The notes beneath the pieces were generated by a model. The model saw only the letters and a program-made list of their open reading frames with translations. It had not been told where the DNA came from and ran no database searches. From assembly GCA_964016885.1 (NCBI GenBank), contig OZ024741.1:379564001-379628000 (forward strand): a DNA stretch of 64,000 nt, in the 5' to 3' direction. A program made the position numbers and the translations under genes. This DNA comes from Eledone cirrhosa (lineage: Eukaryota). Positions 1 through 12,832 of this stretch are shown here, one piece after another. Numbering within the stretch: position 1 is the first letter of the stretch; each line of letters opens with the position of its first letter.

Positions 1-230
1 TATTTGGACTTACGCTAAGCGAGTCTAGCAACCCGATTCGAATATTCCCAATGTTAAGCCACTCCATATTGCCGTTAAAACGAATGGCGAATTCAAATAG
101 GCTGCGTTTTCATTCTTTATCGTCGAAGAGTCACCAATAAAGGAAAAGGATGTTTCTCTTTGTTGAATATAAGTCACTATTTGGTTGAAGATGTAAATTC
201 CAATTTAGCGGAGAAGTATATTTCAGAAGT

Positions 231-645
231 TGTAATGTTGCCACGAGGAACCAGGTTTGGTAGAAAGATATAATAGGAATATCGACAACGAATTTAAGCT
301 TGGTTTTACATTATTTATTAACAGAGTTTGAGCTGGCATGCCAAGAGAAATTAAACAAACGAATTAAGATTCCAGAAAGACACGGGCTACAGGCTGAGAG
401 AAGCGTTGCCAGGCCGTGGTTAAATTGTTGTGTTACATATTGGCTAGTGATTTCACGGCGCAAGAAAAATGGTTGTTTACCTTAGCACGGTCGAAGCTGC
501 GAGTCCTAGCGTCCTCAATCTTTGCGGGCTATTTCTCCCTCAGAACGCCTAGGGATACATCCTCTTCTACTGGCACTGATTGGCTGAGCTGAGCAAAATC
601 ACGCACAGAGAATGTATGTGAGCCCGCGGAATGTAGGTCACTACA
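231..645 (-). mobile_element. Possible solo LTR
   Basis: TGTAAT...ACTACA termini, about 415 bp, AATAAA on the minus strand near 315; no target-site duplication seen. Confidence 0.25.
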
Positions 646-650
646 TCACC

Positions 651-895
651 TCCAAAATGAAGATAAATCAAAATGAATTTAATCTAAATCAAAATGATGA
701 GTGTCATGCCAGAAAGGCATGCGCCATATCACCCGTAAAGTAAGCTCCAAGTTTCTAATGAATAGGTCCGAGCATTTTATAACAACTAGAAATTGATTAA
801 CATATAAACAAACATATGAAACAATCACAAGGGATACTTTTTACAATTTAGATTAAATTTAGATTAAATTCATTTTGATTTATCTTAATTTTGGA
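651..895. repeat. Fold-back/MITE-like element with ~39-bp inverted arms
   Basis: tccaaaatgaagataaatcaaaatgaatttaatctaaat (651-689) is the near reverse complement of 857-895. Confidence 0.6.
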
Positions 896-1328
896 TATTT
901 ATATAAATACGACTCCTTAATTGTAGAGCTAACTCTGTTGAAAGGACTTGACTGCTGTTTCTAGTTGTCGATAACCCTATTCACGCCACTGGTGCGAAGC
1001 TGGTATGATGTGTGTATTTTTAGTAGATACAGCACGTGTTACTGGCCAGTCGGTGATTTGAACTTAATGCGTAAACACAGATCGCTAGACTTCTTCCTTG
1101 TTTAAAATCCAAGTATCGGCCTGTGTGGTTTACCATTCGATTAATTGGTGAAATATATTTCTTTAATGGAATATATACAGGGAAGATTAATCATATTATA
1201 AGGTATCTATTTTTGAAGTTCTAGTTAACTTTATTTAGTTACCTACCTAACTATGTGTACTTACACACTTGTAAAGATTATCCCGTGATTGTTTCATATG
1301 TTTATTTATATGTTAATCAATTTCTAGT

Positions 1329-1387
<59 letters not shown>

Positions 1388-1541
1388 AGCAAGAAAGTAA
1401 GTGTGGGTAAGATCTAGTACTTCAGTATGCGTATAGGGAGCACTCAACGAAGATATAAGTTCTGGAATTATAATATATGTCCCAAGGCTCTGATACCATC
1501 AACACTATACACACAGAGCTGGCATATCTAAGAACTGACTA

Positions 1542-1597
1542 ACTGCCTGATGAGGTCATAGCCATTCAATGGCTATCATCGAAATATATATACCAGT
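1542..1597 (+). ncRNA. Hammerhead-like motif in a PLE-type terminal fragment
   Basis: CTGATGA-ggtcATAGCCATtcaATGGCTATcatc-GAAA-tatata-TA, flanked by actg/cagt; the downstream tail recurs at 10936-10983. Confidence 0.55.
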
Positions 1598-1641
1598 AAA
1601 TAAAGGATTATGTGTTCATCCAATTGACTTATGTTTCGTCA

Positions 1642-1674
<33 letters not shown>

Positions 1675-2019
1675 TGTGCTTGTGTGTGTATTTGTGCGTG
1701 TGTACTCTCCTTTCTCCCAGAACCACTGGCCTTATGCCTAAATCATAAAATAGTATTTGTTCTGGCACCATACGTTTTACGTCCAAATCACTTCAAAATC
1801 AATTTTGCCTTTCCTCCTTCCGACGTTGATAAAATAAAATACTGTTTAATTAATCTTGTCGGAATTGTCGACGTTACCTTACTCTCAAATCTGCCCTTAT
1901 GCCTATGTTAGAAATATATATTTGTAGATTCGAGTAATTATGTAAAATACACCACGTTAATAGCTCTCAACAAGAAAGAAATATAGATTGGGTAGAAGTT
2001 CATCTTAGATAATAATGAT

Positions 2020-2153
2020 TTCGAATTTAGGCACCAGCCCAACAGTTTTGGAGGACGGGAAAGTCTATAAATTCGGCTTTTCTGCGTTACTGGTACTTTA
2101 TTTCATCGACCCTGTAAGGATGTAAGGTAAAGCTAGCCTCAGCTGCAATTGAG
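2020..2153 (-). mobile_element. Diverged SINE fragment
   Basis: actggtactttatttcatcgaccctgtaaggatg matches the SINE body. Confidence 0.6.
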
Positions 2154-2182
2154 CGTGAGTTTGTTAATAATGTGTTATTATT

Positions 2183-2769
2183 TGGCAGTATCGGTAGAGG
2201 GTCGGACGTCATGCTTTCCAGCATAGTTACGTCCCTTTACGATCTGAGTTCAAATCCCGCCGAGGTTAACTTTGCCTTTCATCCTTACGGGGTCGATAAA
2301 ATAACGTACCAGTAATGCACTGGGTAATTGCTGGCCTTGTGCCTAATGTAGAAACAATTATTATAAATATATAAATAAATAGGGTGGTAGTTTGGTAGTA
2401 TCGGTATAACGTCAAACACCATGATTTGCAGCGTAGTTATAGCCCTTTACGATCTGAGTTCAAATCCGCCGAAGTTAATTTTGCCTTTCATCCTTACGGG
2501 GTCGATATATTAAAGCACTAGTAATGCACAGGCGAAATTGCTGGCCTTGTTCCAAAAGTAGAAACATTATTATAAATATGAAGGGCGTTGATTGGCAGTA
2601 TCGGTAGAGGGTCGGACGCCATGATTTGACGCATAGAGTTACAGCCCTTGCCATTCTGAGTTCAAACCCCGCCAAGGTTAACTTTGCCTTTCATCCTTAA
2701 GTGGTCGATAAAATAAAGTACCAGTAATGTACTGGGTAATTACTGGTCTTGTGCCAAAAGTAGAAACAA
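2183..2769 (+). mobile_element. Three tandem tRNA-derived SINE copies (2183-2358, 2382-2568, 2582-2769)
   Basis: A box TGGCAGTATCGG, B box GAGTTCAAATCCC, conserved body gcctttcatccttacggggtcgataaaataaagtaccagt (Nin-domain-like). Confidence 0.85.
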
Positions 2770-3226
2770 ATATGAATAGTTAATAATGAATTCAGCATTA
2801 ACATTGAGATGAGAGTGTTTCTTTTCTCATTTCACCCGCTCAAAGACAGAAGCAACGTGTAACTTCTCAGCAGAAATGGAAAAATATATATAATCAGCTT
2901 TCTGATATATATTAAAAAGATTAATAGGTCATATACAACATGGTTTGCTTTTCAAAGTTTACATTGCTGAATGAAGTCTGCTTCTTTAGAACAAACATTG
3001 ATGGGTTGGATTTCTATGTTTTAGTGGATGTGCTGACATTACTTAAACATATTCAATGTATATCAGTATGTCACCAATTTCAAATATTATTCCAATAAAA
3101 TGAGTTTCGAAGAAATTAAATAATTGTAAATATTAATATATGAAATACATCTGCTTTTTTAAGAAAATGATAACATAATGTGAATACGTATGTATCCATA
3201 AGCTGATGTCTGGCTATACACACATA

Positions 3227-3265
<39 letters not shown>

Positions 3266-3325
3266 TATCTTTCTTTCTTTCTCTCCTTCCTCTGTCTCGC
3301 TTACGCCCCCCCCCCCCCTATCTCC

Positions 3326-3365
<40 letters not shown>

Positions 3366-3367
<2 letters not shown>

Positions 3368-3611
3368 TTCGTTTCTGAATTTGTTTTGCAAGATTCTTTA
3401 TCTGAAAACGTGTATTGAAACCGATATTATTATATTTTGGGAGGGTCATGTTGCCAATAAGAAACACATGCACCAGTATGTTTCACTCCGATTTATCATA
3501 AATAAAAAAAAAAATGTTTAATTTATAATCAATTTTTTAAAATTTATAATAAATTGGAGTGAAACACTGGTGAGTGTGTTTCTTATTGGCAATATGACCC
3601 TCCCAAAGTAT

Positions 3612-3618
<7 letters not shown>
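3366..3618. repeat. Palindromic PLE-terminus remnant (same family as 39688-41092 and 48102-48705)
   Basis: Arms ~3425-3503 and 3543-3618 (gggagggtcatgttgccaataagaaacac / gtgtttcttattggcaatatgaccctccc), between (TA)n tracts. Confidence 0.8.
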
Positions 3619-3650
<32 letters not shown>

Positions 3651-3655
3651 TACAT

Positions 3656-4642
3656 ATCCCGCTGCCATACAAGTAGCTTTATCTCCCACACCACCACACT
3701 TTCACATCCCAATCACCGGTCAATATGCGTTAGGGACTCCTTTAGCTGCATCTCCACCAGCCTTGTCGATGGGCTCCGTTGTACACTTTGTGGAGCTATC
3801 TACCTTGGTCAGACTGGCCATCGTCCGGCTGACAGATTTGTTGAAAACATTCGGCACATCCGGGTCGGCAACGCGACTCTGATTTCACGAAATAATCCCT
3901 CCGCCATTCACTCCACACGACACCTCAGTTGCTTCGGGCTCGTGCATTGTCCGGACACTTGACCTGCGCTGGCAGAGAGAAAAGCAACTCATATTCTCAT
4001 TAGAAACACTTCTTCCCCCTCACCTTAATGCGCCTATCTTCTTTTAATCTGCTCTGTCATATACCGTCTATCTCACACTAATCATACTTCCTTTATTCTA
4101 TGACACATATTCAATACAATACAATAACGCTTACAGACATTAATACAATAACGCTTACATACATATTACAGATGTATACTTTTCAGGCAAACATTATAAA
4201 GTTCAAGATACATGCGCACTTTCAAATTTATCATACTCTGACACATACTGATCCTCTCTTCTCACAGAGATAAGCTATGCTACCTATATTTCATACACAC
4301 ACACAAAATTACTTTACACATTTTACCTTTAAAAGACACGAACGTTTAAACTTACATTTACACTCAGAAACGATACTAATACAGACAGACACGTTCCACT
4401 TTGTGTTCCTATTTATTTCAAAGACTATCTAAAATGTTCATGTTTTCCCTCTTCATTTTCATTTTTTCTGTTTTTTCTCTTCAGTCTTTCTTTACTGGAC
4501 CTTTTTCATTTCTCCATTTCTGTCTCTATTTTTATACTCCTAAAGAAGGGCTTAAGCACGAAACGTCAAAATGTGTCTCCTCTTTCCCATATAAAGCGTT
4601 AAACTAATAAGAATCTTTGTACCTCTGTGTGTTGTTTCCTTG

Positions 4643-4645
<3 letters not shown>
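3656..4645 (+). mobile_element. Penelope-like element 3' fragment (GIY-YIG endonuclease remnant + tail)
   Basis: ORF 3570-3962 contains RCTLCGAIYLGQTGHRPADRFVENIRHI; degenerate hammerhead-like ctaaagaagggcttaagcacgaaacgtc at ~4540-4567. Confidence 0.7.
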
Positions 4646-4672
<27 letters not shown>

Positions 4673-4676
<4 letters not shown>

Positions 4677-4862
4677 GTTTCTACTTTTGGCACAAGGCCA
4701 GCAACACTCCCAGTGCATTACTGGTACTTCATTGTATCGACCCCGTAAGGATGAAAGGCAAAGATAACCTCGGTAGGATTTGAACTCAGAATGGCAAGGG
4801 CCGTAACTCTATACGTCAAAGCATGGCGTCCGACCCTCTACCGGTACTGCGAATCCATCCCC
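4673..4862 (-). mobile_element. tRNA-derived SINE
   Basis: Reverse complement of the 2582-2769 family with A and B boxes. Confidence 0.85.
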
Positions 4863-4933
4863 CTTATATATATATATAATTATATGTATATATAATGATT
4901 TCTTATATATGCACACGGCCAGTAATTTGTGGG

Positions 4934-5001
<68 letters not shown>

Positions 5002-5064
5002 CCCACAAATTACTGGCCGTGTGCATATATAAGAAATCATTATATATACATATATATATACATA

Positions 5065-5183
<119 letters not shown>

Positions 5184-5204
5184 GGGGGAGAGAGAGGGAG
5201 AGAG

Positions 5205-7358
5205 AAAAGGCAAACAGACACAAAAATCTCATTCCCAGAGATAGGAAAATCCTTATGAGACGTTGAACCAAGCTCTCAAATCAGTTGAATAGTCAACAAG
5301 AAAACAAAAACAAGAAGGAATCCTATTTGAAATGTGCACTACTTGGCACCGAGATTGCACTCAAGCTTTCCCATGAGTATGAGAGGGCAAAGAAAGAGAA
5401 CAGGGCCATAGAAAACATTAAAACAAACCCTAAGGCCTTCTTTAAATTTGCAAAAGAAACTGCCTCGGTACACTGCAAGATTGGGCCACTCTTCCATACG
5501 GACGGTTCATTAACCGAAAACCCCCAAGAGATATGTGAAATACTGAACGAACAGTACAAAAGTGTATTCACATGTCCACTGAGGCACATGCAAATAACGA
5601 AGCCAGAGTAGTTCTCTGATGTCACAACACTACACGAAGAAATGGCAACCATCAGCCACATAAACATAACGGAGGAGGATGTGGTGTACGCCATAGATGA
5701 AATTAGAACAGACTCAGCTGCTGGAACTGATGGATTCCCAGCAGTTCTCTCTCTTAAAAACATGTAAGTTCGCCTTAGCAACTCCACTGTAGATGCTATT
5801 CAGAAGCTCCTTGGCTAGTAGTGTACTACCCAGGAAGCTGAAAGAATGCACAATATGGCCTATCCATAAAGGAGGTAGCAGAGCGGATGCCAAAACTTTA
5901 TAGGCCAGTCTCCCTGACGTCGCATATCAGTAAGGTCATGGAGCGAGTCGTCAGAAAGAAACTGATCACTTTCCTCGAGGAAAATGACCGCCTAACTAGC
6001 ACGTAACATGGCTTCCGCCCAGGAAGAAGCTGCCTTACACAGCTGCTACATCACTACGACTGGGTACTGAGACAACTACTAGACAGCTCACATATGGACG
6101 TGATATATCTTGACTTTGCGAAGGCTTTTGACAAGGTCGACCACGGAATGATATGTCACAAACTACACGGACTCGGCATAACTGGAAAAGTAGGTGAGTG
6201 GCTGCATGACTTCCTAAAGGACAGAAGCCAGACAGTCGCAGAAAATGGGCCCTGTCAAAGGAAACACCAATAACAAGTGGGTTGCCTCAGGGGACAGTCC
6301 TGGGACCACTACTGTTTGTGGTGGCTCTCTCAGACATTACCTCTGTAGTACATACAAGAACATCCCTCACTAGCTATGCTGATGACACTAAGGTAGCACA
6401 GGGAATCAAAAACCCGGCTGACGCTGCCCTTTTACAACAAGATCTGGATGCCATATACAAATGGGCGGAAGAAAACAACATGCAATTTGATGCTGGCAAA
6501 TTCCAAGCCCTGCAATACAAACCTACAAACAAACCTTCAAACACAAATATAGTACAACACAACTACACAGGACCAGGAGGGAACGATATCCCCGTGTCAA
6601 AATAGAGACCTGGGCATAGACATGAGCGATGATGCTTCTTTGTGCTCACATATCATGAAAGTGGCGACAATGTGCAGACGACTCGCTTGAGGACTTTCCG
6701 AAGAGGAGACCGAGATACCATGTTGAAACTATGGAGGACCTTTTTTCCTAAGCCGCCTCGACAACTGCTCCCAGTTGTGGTCACCGCATTGAGTCAAACT
6801 AACCACGGAACTTGAGGCAATCCAGCGAAGCCACACCAAGAGGATTGCCATGATGAAGGAAACAAGCTACTGGTAGAGGCTAAAGGAACTGAACCTCTAC
6901 TCCTTGGAACGAAGACGAGAGAGATACGCAGTGATCTACATGTGGAAAATCCTGGAGGGACTACCACCAAACTTTGGCATTGGGACCTGGGCCAACTGCC
7001 GAACAGGACGTCACTGTGCGGGGCCAAAGATCCCGTCTTCCACATCTAGAATAAGGAGCAGGTATTGCAATATCCTGGGATTCAAGGGCCTTCAATTCTT
7101 CAACAGGGTGCCGAGGGATCTGGGAGATTTGCATGACGTGGAGGTGGATGTCTTCAAGAAACATCTCGACACCTTGCTATCCAGGATCCCGGACGAGCCA
7201 ACAGCAAGGCACGAGGGAAACCTAAGGGCAGCAGCAACAAACTCCCTCTTACACCAGTGGCCAACCAATACATGGTGGAGATAAAATGTGTAGCAACTAG
7301 GGCGGTGCCCCAGCATGGCCTCAGCCGGATGGCTTAAACAGTTAAAGAGTAAAAGAGA
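5205..7358 (+). mobile_element. CR1/Jockey-group LINE, 5'-truncated, disrupted RT
   Basis: NPKAFFKF, YLDFAKAFDKVDH, PQGTVLGPLLF, YADDTK and LERRRERYAVIYMWKILEG in frameshifted frames; structured 3' tail. Confidence 0.9.
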
Positions 7359-7391
<33 letters not shown>

Positions 7392-9629
7392 TAACGTCAC
7401 AGATCTTATAGGATTATTCCTACTAGTGAATTTCTCCGATATGTTTCCTGCACTCGGAGGTGGATTGTACCGTGATGATGGGCTCCTTACCCCAGTAGTA
7501 CAGACCGGGTCCGTAAACAATTAATCAGCTTCTTCCGCGACTGCGGACTTAAAATAACCCTACAAACGTCCCTAACCCGAGTAATCTTCCTAGACGTTAC
7601 CCTTGACCTCGATAATGATCTGTACTACCCATACAGGAAACCCAATGACAACCTGCACTACATCCACCGCCGGTCAAACCACCCTAGAAACATCACCAAT
7701 AACCTGGTTAAATACATCTCCCTCCGCATATCTCGTTTGTGCGCTAATGAGCAGATATTCGAGGAACATGCGCCTTATTACAACCAGGCCCTCAAGCGGA
7801 GTGGCTTCCAGGAGTAAATATCATACTGTCCAGCTTCCATTAGCGGAACCAGCAGCCGTCACCGCCGCTCACGCAACGTAACATGGTTCAATCCTCCCCA
7901 CAACGCCGAGGTGACAGCCCCTATCGGGAAAATCTTCTTTAGGCTCATCGAAAAACACTTCCCACTTCAATACCGCTACCACAACATAATCAACAAACAT
8001 ACCATCAAACTCTCCTACAGAACCACGCCTAACTTTGCACAAAACATCGTTTCCTCTAACAACAAAAAACTCAACCCCTATGGAAGGAATAACCTAGATA
8101 GCAGTGGAGAGCCGACCAGGGGGTGTAACTGTCCTGATGTATCCATTTGCCCCCTCGACAACAGATGCAGAGATGGTAATGTGATCTACCAGTGCAACGT
8201 GAAGACGGACACCTCCAATAAAGCTTATATAGGATTAACCGGTTGTGACTTCACAACCCGGCTATACCAACTCATACCTACTTTCCGAAACCCGGCCCGG
8301 CGTCACGCCACTACACTTTCGGGCCACATCTGGGACCTCAAAGATAACAATATAACCTATAATCTCACTTGGAGCTTACTGTCCAGAGCCAACTCTTACA
8401 CGAGAGGACGCCGTACGTGTAACTTATGCTCGAAGGAAACATTACAAATATGTTTTCGACGGACCAACTCCTAAACAAGAAAGACGAACTGGTAACTGCA
8501 TGCAAACACAGATTGCGTAGGACTTATCTCGCCCTCAATCCCCATAATGACACGGGGGGGGTATAGACAAGGGCTGCAAAGGTAGACGTAATATTTTCTT
8601 ATATATTTTTTATCGTTTCCTCTATATTTCCTTCTGCCCCCCACCCCTTCCTAGTCCTTCCACCCCAGATCTCCTTCCTTGTCGTCGTTCTTTTCACCTT
8701 CTCGCCCACCTCGAGGCAGCCCTTCGGTCCTCTGTAGCCTAAACTCACACCCCCTATTCTATGATAGAATTGGCCGACTCCGTTTTTTATAGCAGATGTG
8801 CTAGACCCCAGATACTTGCTTTCTTATCTGATTGCTGCCCCATTTACGTGATTTCTAGATTTCTTAGTCGTATCCCCGTTTTAGTGTCTCGTATATCAGT
8901 ATTTTTCTTTTCGGGCATTCTGAATTAATTTTTCGTATTAAATTTTTCGTATTAGTTTTTCATATATATTTTACGAGCATTTATGTAGTTTGTATTAGAA
9001 TTTCTGTATTGTAGTGGTACTCTTATATATCGTATTAGTTTCGGGGCTCTGAATTATTATTTCGTATTAGTTTTTTTGTTTTTATTATTTGGGGCCCCTA
9101 CTTGTTGACCTGAAATTGTTAGATAGATTTGGCCGATGACTACTAACTCATAAAATTATTTCACTACTATCTCGTATTTAGTATTCCGTCCCACCTATTA
9201 AACTGTTTTATAGTTTAGCAGTACCAGTGAGAGATTTGAGGATTGTAGTAGGGGAACAGTAACCAAAAATTGTGTTTTTTTATATTTTTAATATTCTTAT
9301 ATTTTTCTATATATATACTCCATATAGATTTACTTCTCTCGACCTCTTATCCTTAGCATTCTGCTGTAGTTGTAACATTCAACGCAAGATGGGTTTCCTC
9401 CACTCCCTCTCCGTCTTTCTTCTACTGGCAAGTTCAGTTATCCCTTCCTTCCACAAAAGGGCATGATAGAATTATGTGTCTAAACAACAAACTTTTGACC
9501 AATTCTTGTGACAATCACTTTTACCATATATGGAATTACCCCCTGAGAAGCTCGGCTATTCCTTTACCAGGATAAGAATTATCATTTAGTCCAGAATTAG
9601 CCGTCGAAACAGCTTGAGCTCAGCCGTCG

Positions 9630-9630
<1 letters not shown>
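7392..9630 (+). mobile_element. Penelope-like element, 5'-truncated (RT C-terminus + GIY-YIG)
   Basis: GGLYRDDGL, FLDVTL, WFNPP, GCNC..CPL..C, VIYQC..AYIGLTG; degenerate hammerhead-like end at ~9543-9620; ends in (TA)n. Confidence 0.85.
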
Positions 9631-9686
<56 letters not shown>

Positions 9687-9881
9687 TGTAATAAACAACA
9701 TAAGGTAATTATTCCATTTACCTGAGGTTTCTTAAAAGCAAAAATGTTGCTTTCAATCATCAGAATGAAAAAATCCTGGTGTATTTATTGACAATTGGAT
9801 TCTAAAAACAAAAATGCAATCTATATGAAAGTGAGGCTGGAGAAGGAAGAAGGAAAGGAAAAATAAAATAAAAACACACAT

Positions 9882-9926
<45 letters not shown>

Positions 9927-9935
9927 TCCATACAT

Positions 9936-9990
<55 letters not shown>

Positions 9991-10070
9991 CATACACACA
10001 CATATACACACACACGCGCACATATATATGTGTATATATATACATACACATGCATATACACATACATACA

Positions 10071-10572
10071 TGTCCAACTCTTCGGTGATAATCTTCCATA
10101 CGCTGTCCTGATTCATGCCCAGCTCATTTGCCATCAGTCGAACAGTCAGCCGACGGTCACTACGCACCATCTGCCTGACGCGCTCAACGTTGACCTCAGT
10201 CCTGGTTGGTGGGGGCCTTCCGCTCCTGGGGTCATTTTCCACGTCTTCGCGTCGTTCTTTAAACCTCTGGCACCACTCAAAACACCTGAGCCTGACATCG
10301 TCTCATCTCCATAAACTTGCTGCAGCAATCCCAATGTTTCTGACGGAGTTATCAAGTGTGTTCGTTGCCCTGTGCTCATCGCTTGACGACCTGAAACAGA
10401 GGCCTTGTATATAAAATTAGAAAGAAAAAAGTTTGAACGCTGCACAGAGCTACGATTACAGTTACATACTCCAGGCTGATTACGTTGAAGGAGAAAACTC
10501 TTAGTGTGAAGTTTGGGTTTGAAATAAATCTTTTGTGACATCAGTCCTGGAACTTTTCTGACCCAACTCGTA
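10071..10572 (-). mobile_element. Mariner (Mos1-like) transposon 5' fragment
   Basis: ETLGLLQQVYGDETMS..ENDPRSGRP..NVERVRQMVRSDRRLTVRLMANELGM HTH region; TA-CGAG..AAAAGTTCC TIR-like end at ~10543-10572. Confidence 0.8.
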
Positions 10573-10603
10573 TGCCTAATTATATATATACCCCTTTGAA
10601 TTC

Positions 10604-10685
<82 letters not shown>

Positions 10686-10979
10686 GAAGTAAATGGGTGG
10701 TGGTTGAAATTCAGTTGTACACGGTTAAATGGTAGTAGACGTGGTCGGACGGACATGAAAGTTTACACACCTATGTACAACGTGCCAAGGAAACAAACAG
10801 ATGAGGTTTCAAATCTCTAACTTGAAAAATGTGGTCCCTGGGGCCCCAAAACAGTCTATTTACTATCGCGTTCGGTGAGTTATTTCCCCCTGTTGTAATA
10901 CTTGTGTCTTATTTACAATTTCATACAAATAAAGCAGTAAATAAAGGATTATGAGCTCATGGAATTGACTTATGTTTCG

Positions 10980-11029
<50 letters not shown>

Positions 11030-11040
11030 CGAAACATAAG

Positions 11041-11092
<52 letters not shown>

Positions 11093-11522
11093 TATGAAAA
11101 TGCTTTAATAAAAGAAAATATCAACTGTAATGTATGTATGCATGTATTTATGTGTCTATATGAGCGGGGATATGCAAGTAAATCTTACTTTGTGGACAGC
11201 TGCCCGTTAGCATAATATTCATGCTAGAACAGTATATATTTGAAAGTTTTCAGGGAGTTGAATTATTGATTTTGGATCGGCAGCTTTAGCTTTGAAAAAA
11301 TTAAATGTGCAGTGTAAACATTTTTTTATTATTCCTCCGGAGATGAATCTTCCCTGCCTTTTTTCATCTCTTTCTTTCTCTCTGAAAGAAATCAGCCGTA
11401 GTAAGAGCTACAGAAATGGTTAGATACACCAAGACGCACCGTGCATCACGGTGGAGTTGAAATCAGACTCAGAACATGGTGTTGTGTGGGGGTGGCTCTC
11501 AGCGCAATGTTCCAGGGGGAGG

Positions 11523-11628
11523 AGAAGAAGAAGAAGAAGAAGAAGAAGAAGAAGAAGAAGAAGAAGAAGAAGAAGAAGAAGAAGAAGAAGAAGAAGAAGA
11601 AGAAGAAGAAGAAAAAGAAGAAGAAGAA
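11523..11628 (+). repeat. (GAA)n microsatellite
   Basis: Near-perfect GAA run. Confidence 0.95.
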
Positions 11629-11742
11629 GGTGTGAGCTGGAGTCCTATCAAATATGTAGGTTTTGTCTTAAATTGAAGGTTTAGTAGAAACAATTCATGT
11701 ATAGTTTTGTACTTTTCTTTTTGTCATTCATATATAAACAAA

Positions 11743-12821
11743 TCTACTATATAATCTGGAAGTGGTCGGACGTTTTATATGTAGGTGTAGTCGGATAAAC
11801 ATCGAAACGGCTTGGTGGAATGCAGCGATAATTTACAGTTATGCAGAATGACCCGAGGAGGCGTTTCGTCGACCTTCAAGCTACAAGCTTCCACGGTTAC
11901 GGAGAAAATCGATGAAACAGGAATTTCCCATTCAAATTAAACTGAGAGTAATCTGTGAACGCAGAAGTAACTATTTCGTGAAACATTGCAACCGAACAAA
12001 AACAGGAAGACGATATTTTGGTTTGTGAAGACGTTCCCTGGCGATGAACGGGAAAAAAGCGAGGATTATACGTCGTTATGTGGATCGTAACGAACAATTT
12101 CATGCAAAGACAAGACCAAGTTTATGGTATAAATGGATTCGTTAGACTAATATTCTATTTAAAATAAAAGAATGATTTCCAGCCCCGGAGTTTAAGAATG
12201 ATGTAAGTAAAATTGAAAACGAAAATGACAGAGGTTATTAAACTAGTAAAAGTAAATAGTGAAGATTTAGGCCAGTACATACGTATGCCCCGCCGGACAT
12301 ACACATACATATGCACCCACAAATACATACACCCCCCCCCACACACACACACACCCACACACGAGCGCACGCGCGTATGTATAAACCTTATGCATTTCTA
12401 CAGTATTTTCACCAAAATTAAGACAGAGGTTACTTATGTACTCCGGATGGTCATGGGCACTGTCATTTTTCCAGATATTGATTATAGAGCCCCCCGGCAG
12501 AACACCCCTTTAACCACTTTAACCACTTTCTTGGAGTCGACTGAAGCACTGCACTGCAATGCAACACAACGTCATAACTTCTGGAGTTCGCAACCGATTT
12601 TCAAAAAACTTGACACATGGGCTACGTTTGTCCTACAGATAAATGTTAACTCTTAGAATTGGCACATCTTTGGTAGGGGACCCCTGGGGGCAGAAACCCC
12701 CTTTTGGAAAAAGCCGATGATTTTGTAAAAGTATAGTTTTCGAAGCAACACTGAAGTATTTACATAAATGATATACACAACTGCTATTTAATATCTGAGC
12801 AACGCCAGGTACCTCTGCTAA
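11743..12821 (+). mobile_element. Non-autonomous Helitron-like element
   Basis: 5' TCTACTATATAA; 3' ctgagcaacgccagg hairpin then ctgCTAA; internal similarity to 61022-61260 and 62965-63540. Confidence 0.6.
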
Positions 12822-12832
12822 TATATATATAT

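Noticed and set aside
2183-2265. tRNA gene
   Set aside because: A and B boxes belong to a SINE head; no cloverleaf, and it continues into the SINE body.
11441-11693. Poly-K/R/E/S ORFs
   Set aside because: (GAA)n microsatellite.
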